A DNA stretch of 64,000 nt from Tubiluchus corallicola (lineage: Eukaryota; Animalia; Priapulida): NCBI GenBank assembly GCA_030141605.1, contig JAQGDQ010000253.1, forward strand, positions 204,911-268,910, given 5' to 3'. How positions within the stretch are numbered: the first letter of the stretch is position 1; each line of letters begins with the position of its first letter. The notes under the pieces were generated by a model. The model ran no database searches and was not told where the DNA came from. It worked only from the letters and a program-made list of their open reading frames with translations. Positions 63,830 to 64,000 of this stretch are shown here, piece by piece. The translations under genes and the position numbers were made by a program.

Positions 63830-64000
63830 AATTTTCCATGAAGTGAGAGGAAGCCAGCAATTGATTAAAGGTAAATGTTATGCATACTAGTTCAAGGTTC
63901 TGTACAATGACGAAATTTAAACTTTATAGAGAGAAATAAACCACGTAAAACTTTTCCATGAAGTGAAACGAAGCCAGCAATTGATTAAGGGTAAATGTTA
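63830..64000. repeat. Direct repeat with 120-bp period at the window end
   Basis: ttttccatgaagtga..gaagccagcaattgattaa.ggtaaatgtta occurs at about 63832 and 63952. Confidence 0.8.

Overview
AT-rich eukaryotic (invertebrate-like metazoan) genomic DNA with GT-AG introns. Five protein-coding loci could be reconstructed by hand. (1) A giantin/GOLGB1-like coiled-coil gene on the minus strand, running off the window start: ten small phase-0 exons, then one exon of about 14.3 kb containing about 110 tandem 14-aa repeats. (2) Head-to-head with it, an intronless PINK1 kinase with an in-frame 702-bp tandem duplication of the whole kinase N-lobe. The junction is an exact inverted templated insertion, insertion-1 carries LIR-like motifs (SSEDSFTVI), and the activation segment is short. 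(3) A five-exon MPPED1/2-like metallophosphoesterase (+). (4) A DOMON-domain FRRS1L-like protein (-) whose upstream region and signal-peptide exon appear duplicated. (5) The 3' exons of a JIP3/ARHGEF10/LRRK-type beta-propeller gene (-). Introns and intergenic DNA hold hAT, piggyBac and Tc1/pogo MITEs, a tRNA-derived SINE, LINE 3' fragments and several mini- and microsatellites. The PINK1 locus is the most unusual element. Family assignments come from remembered motifs; no database search was run.
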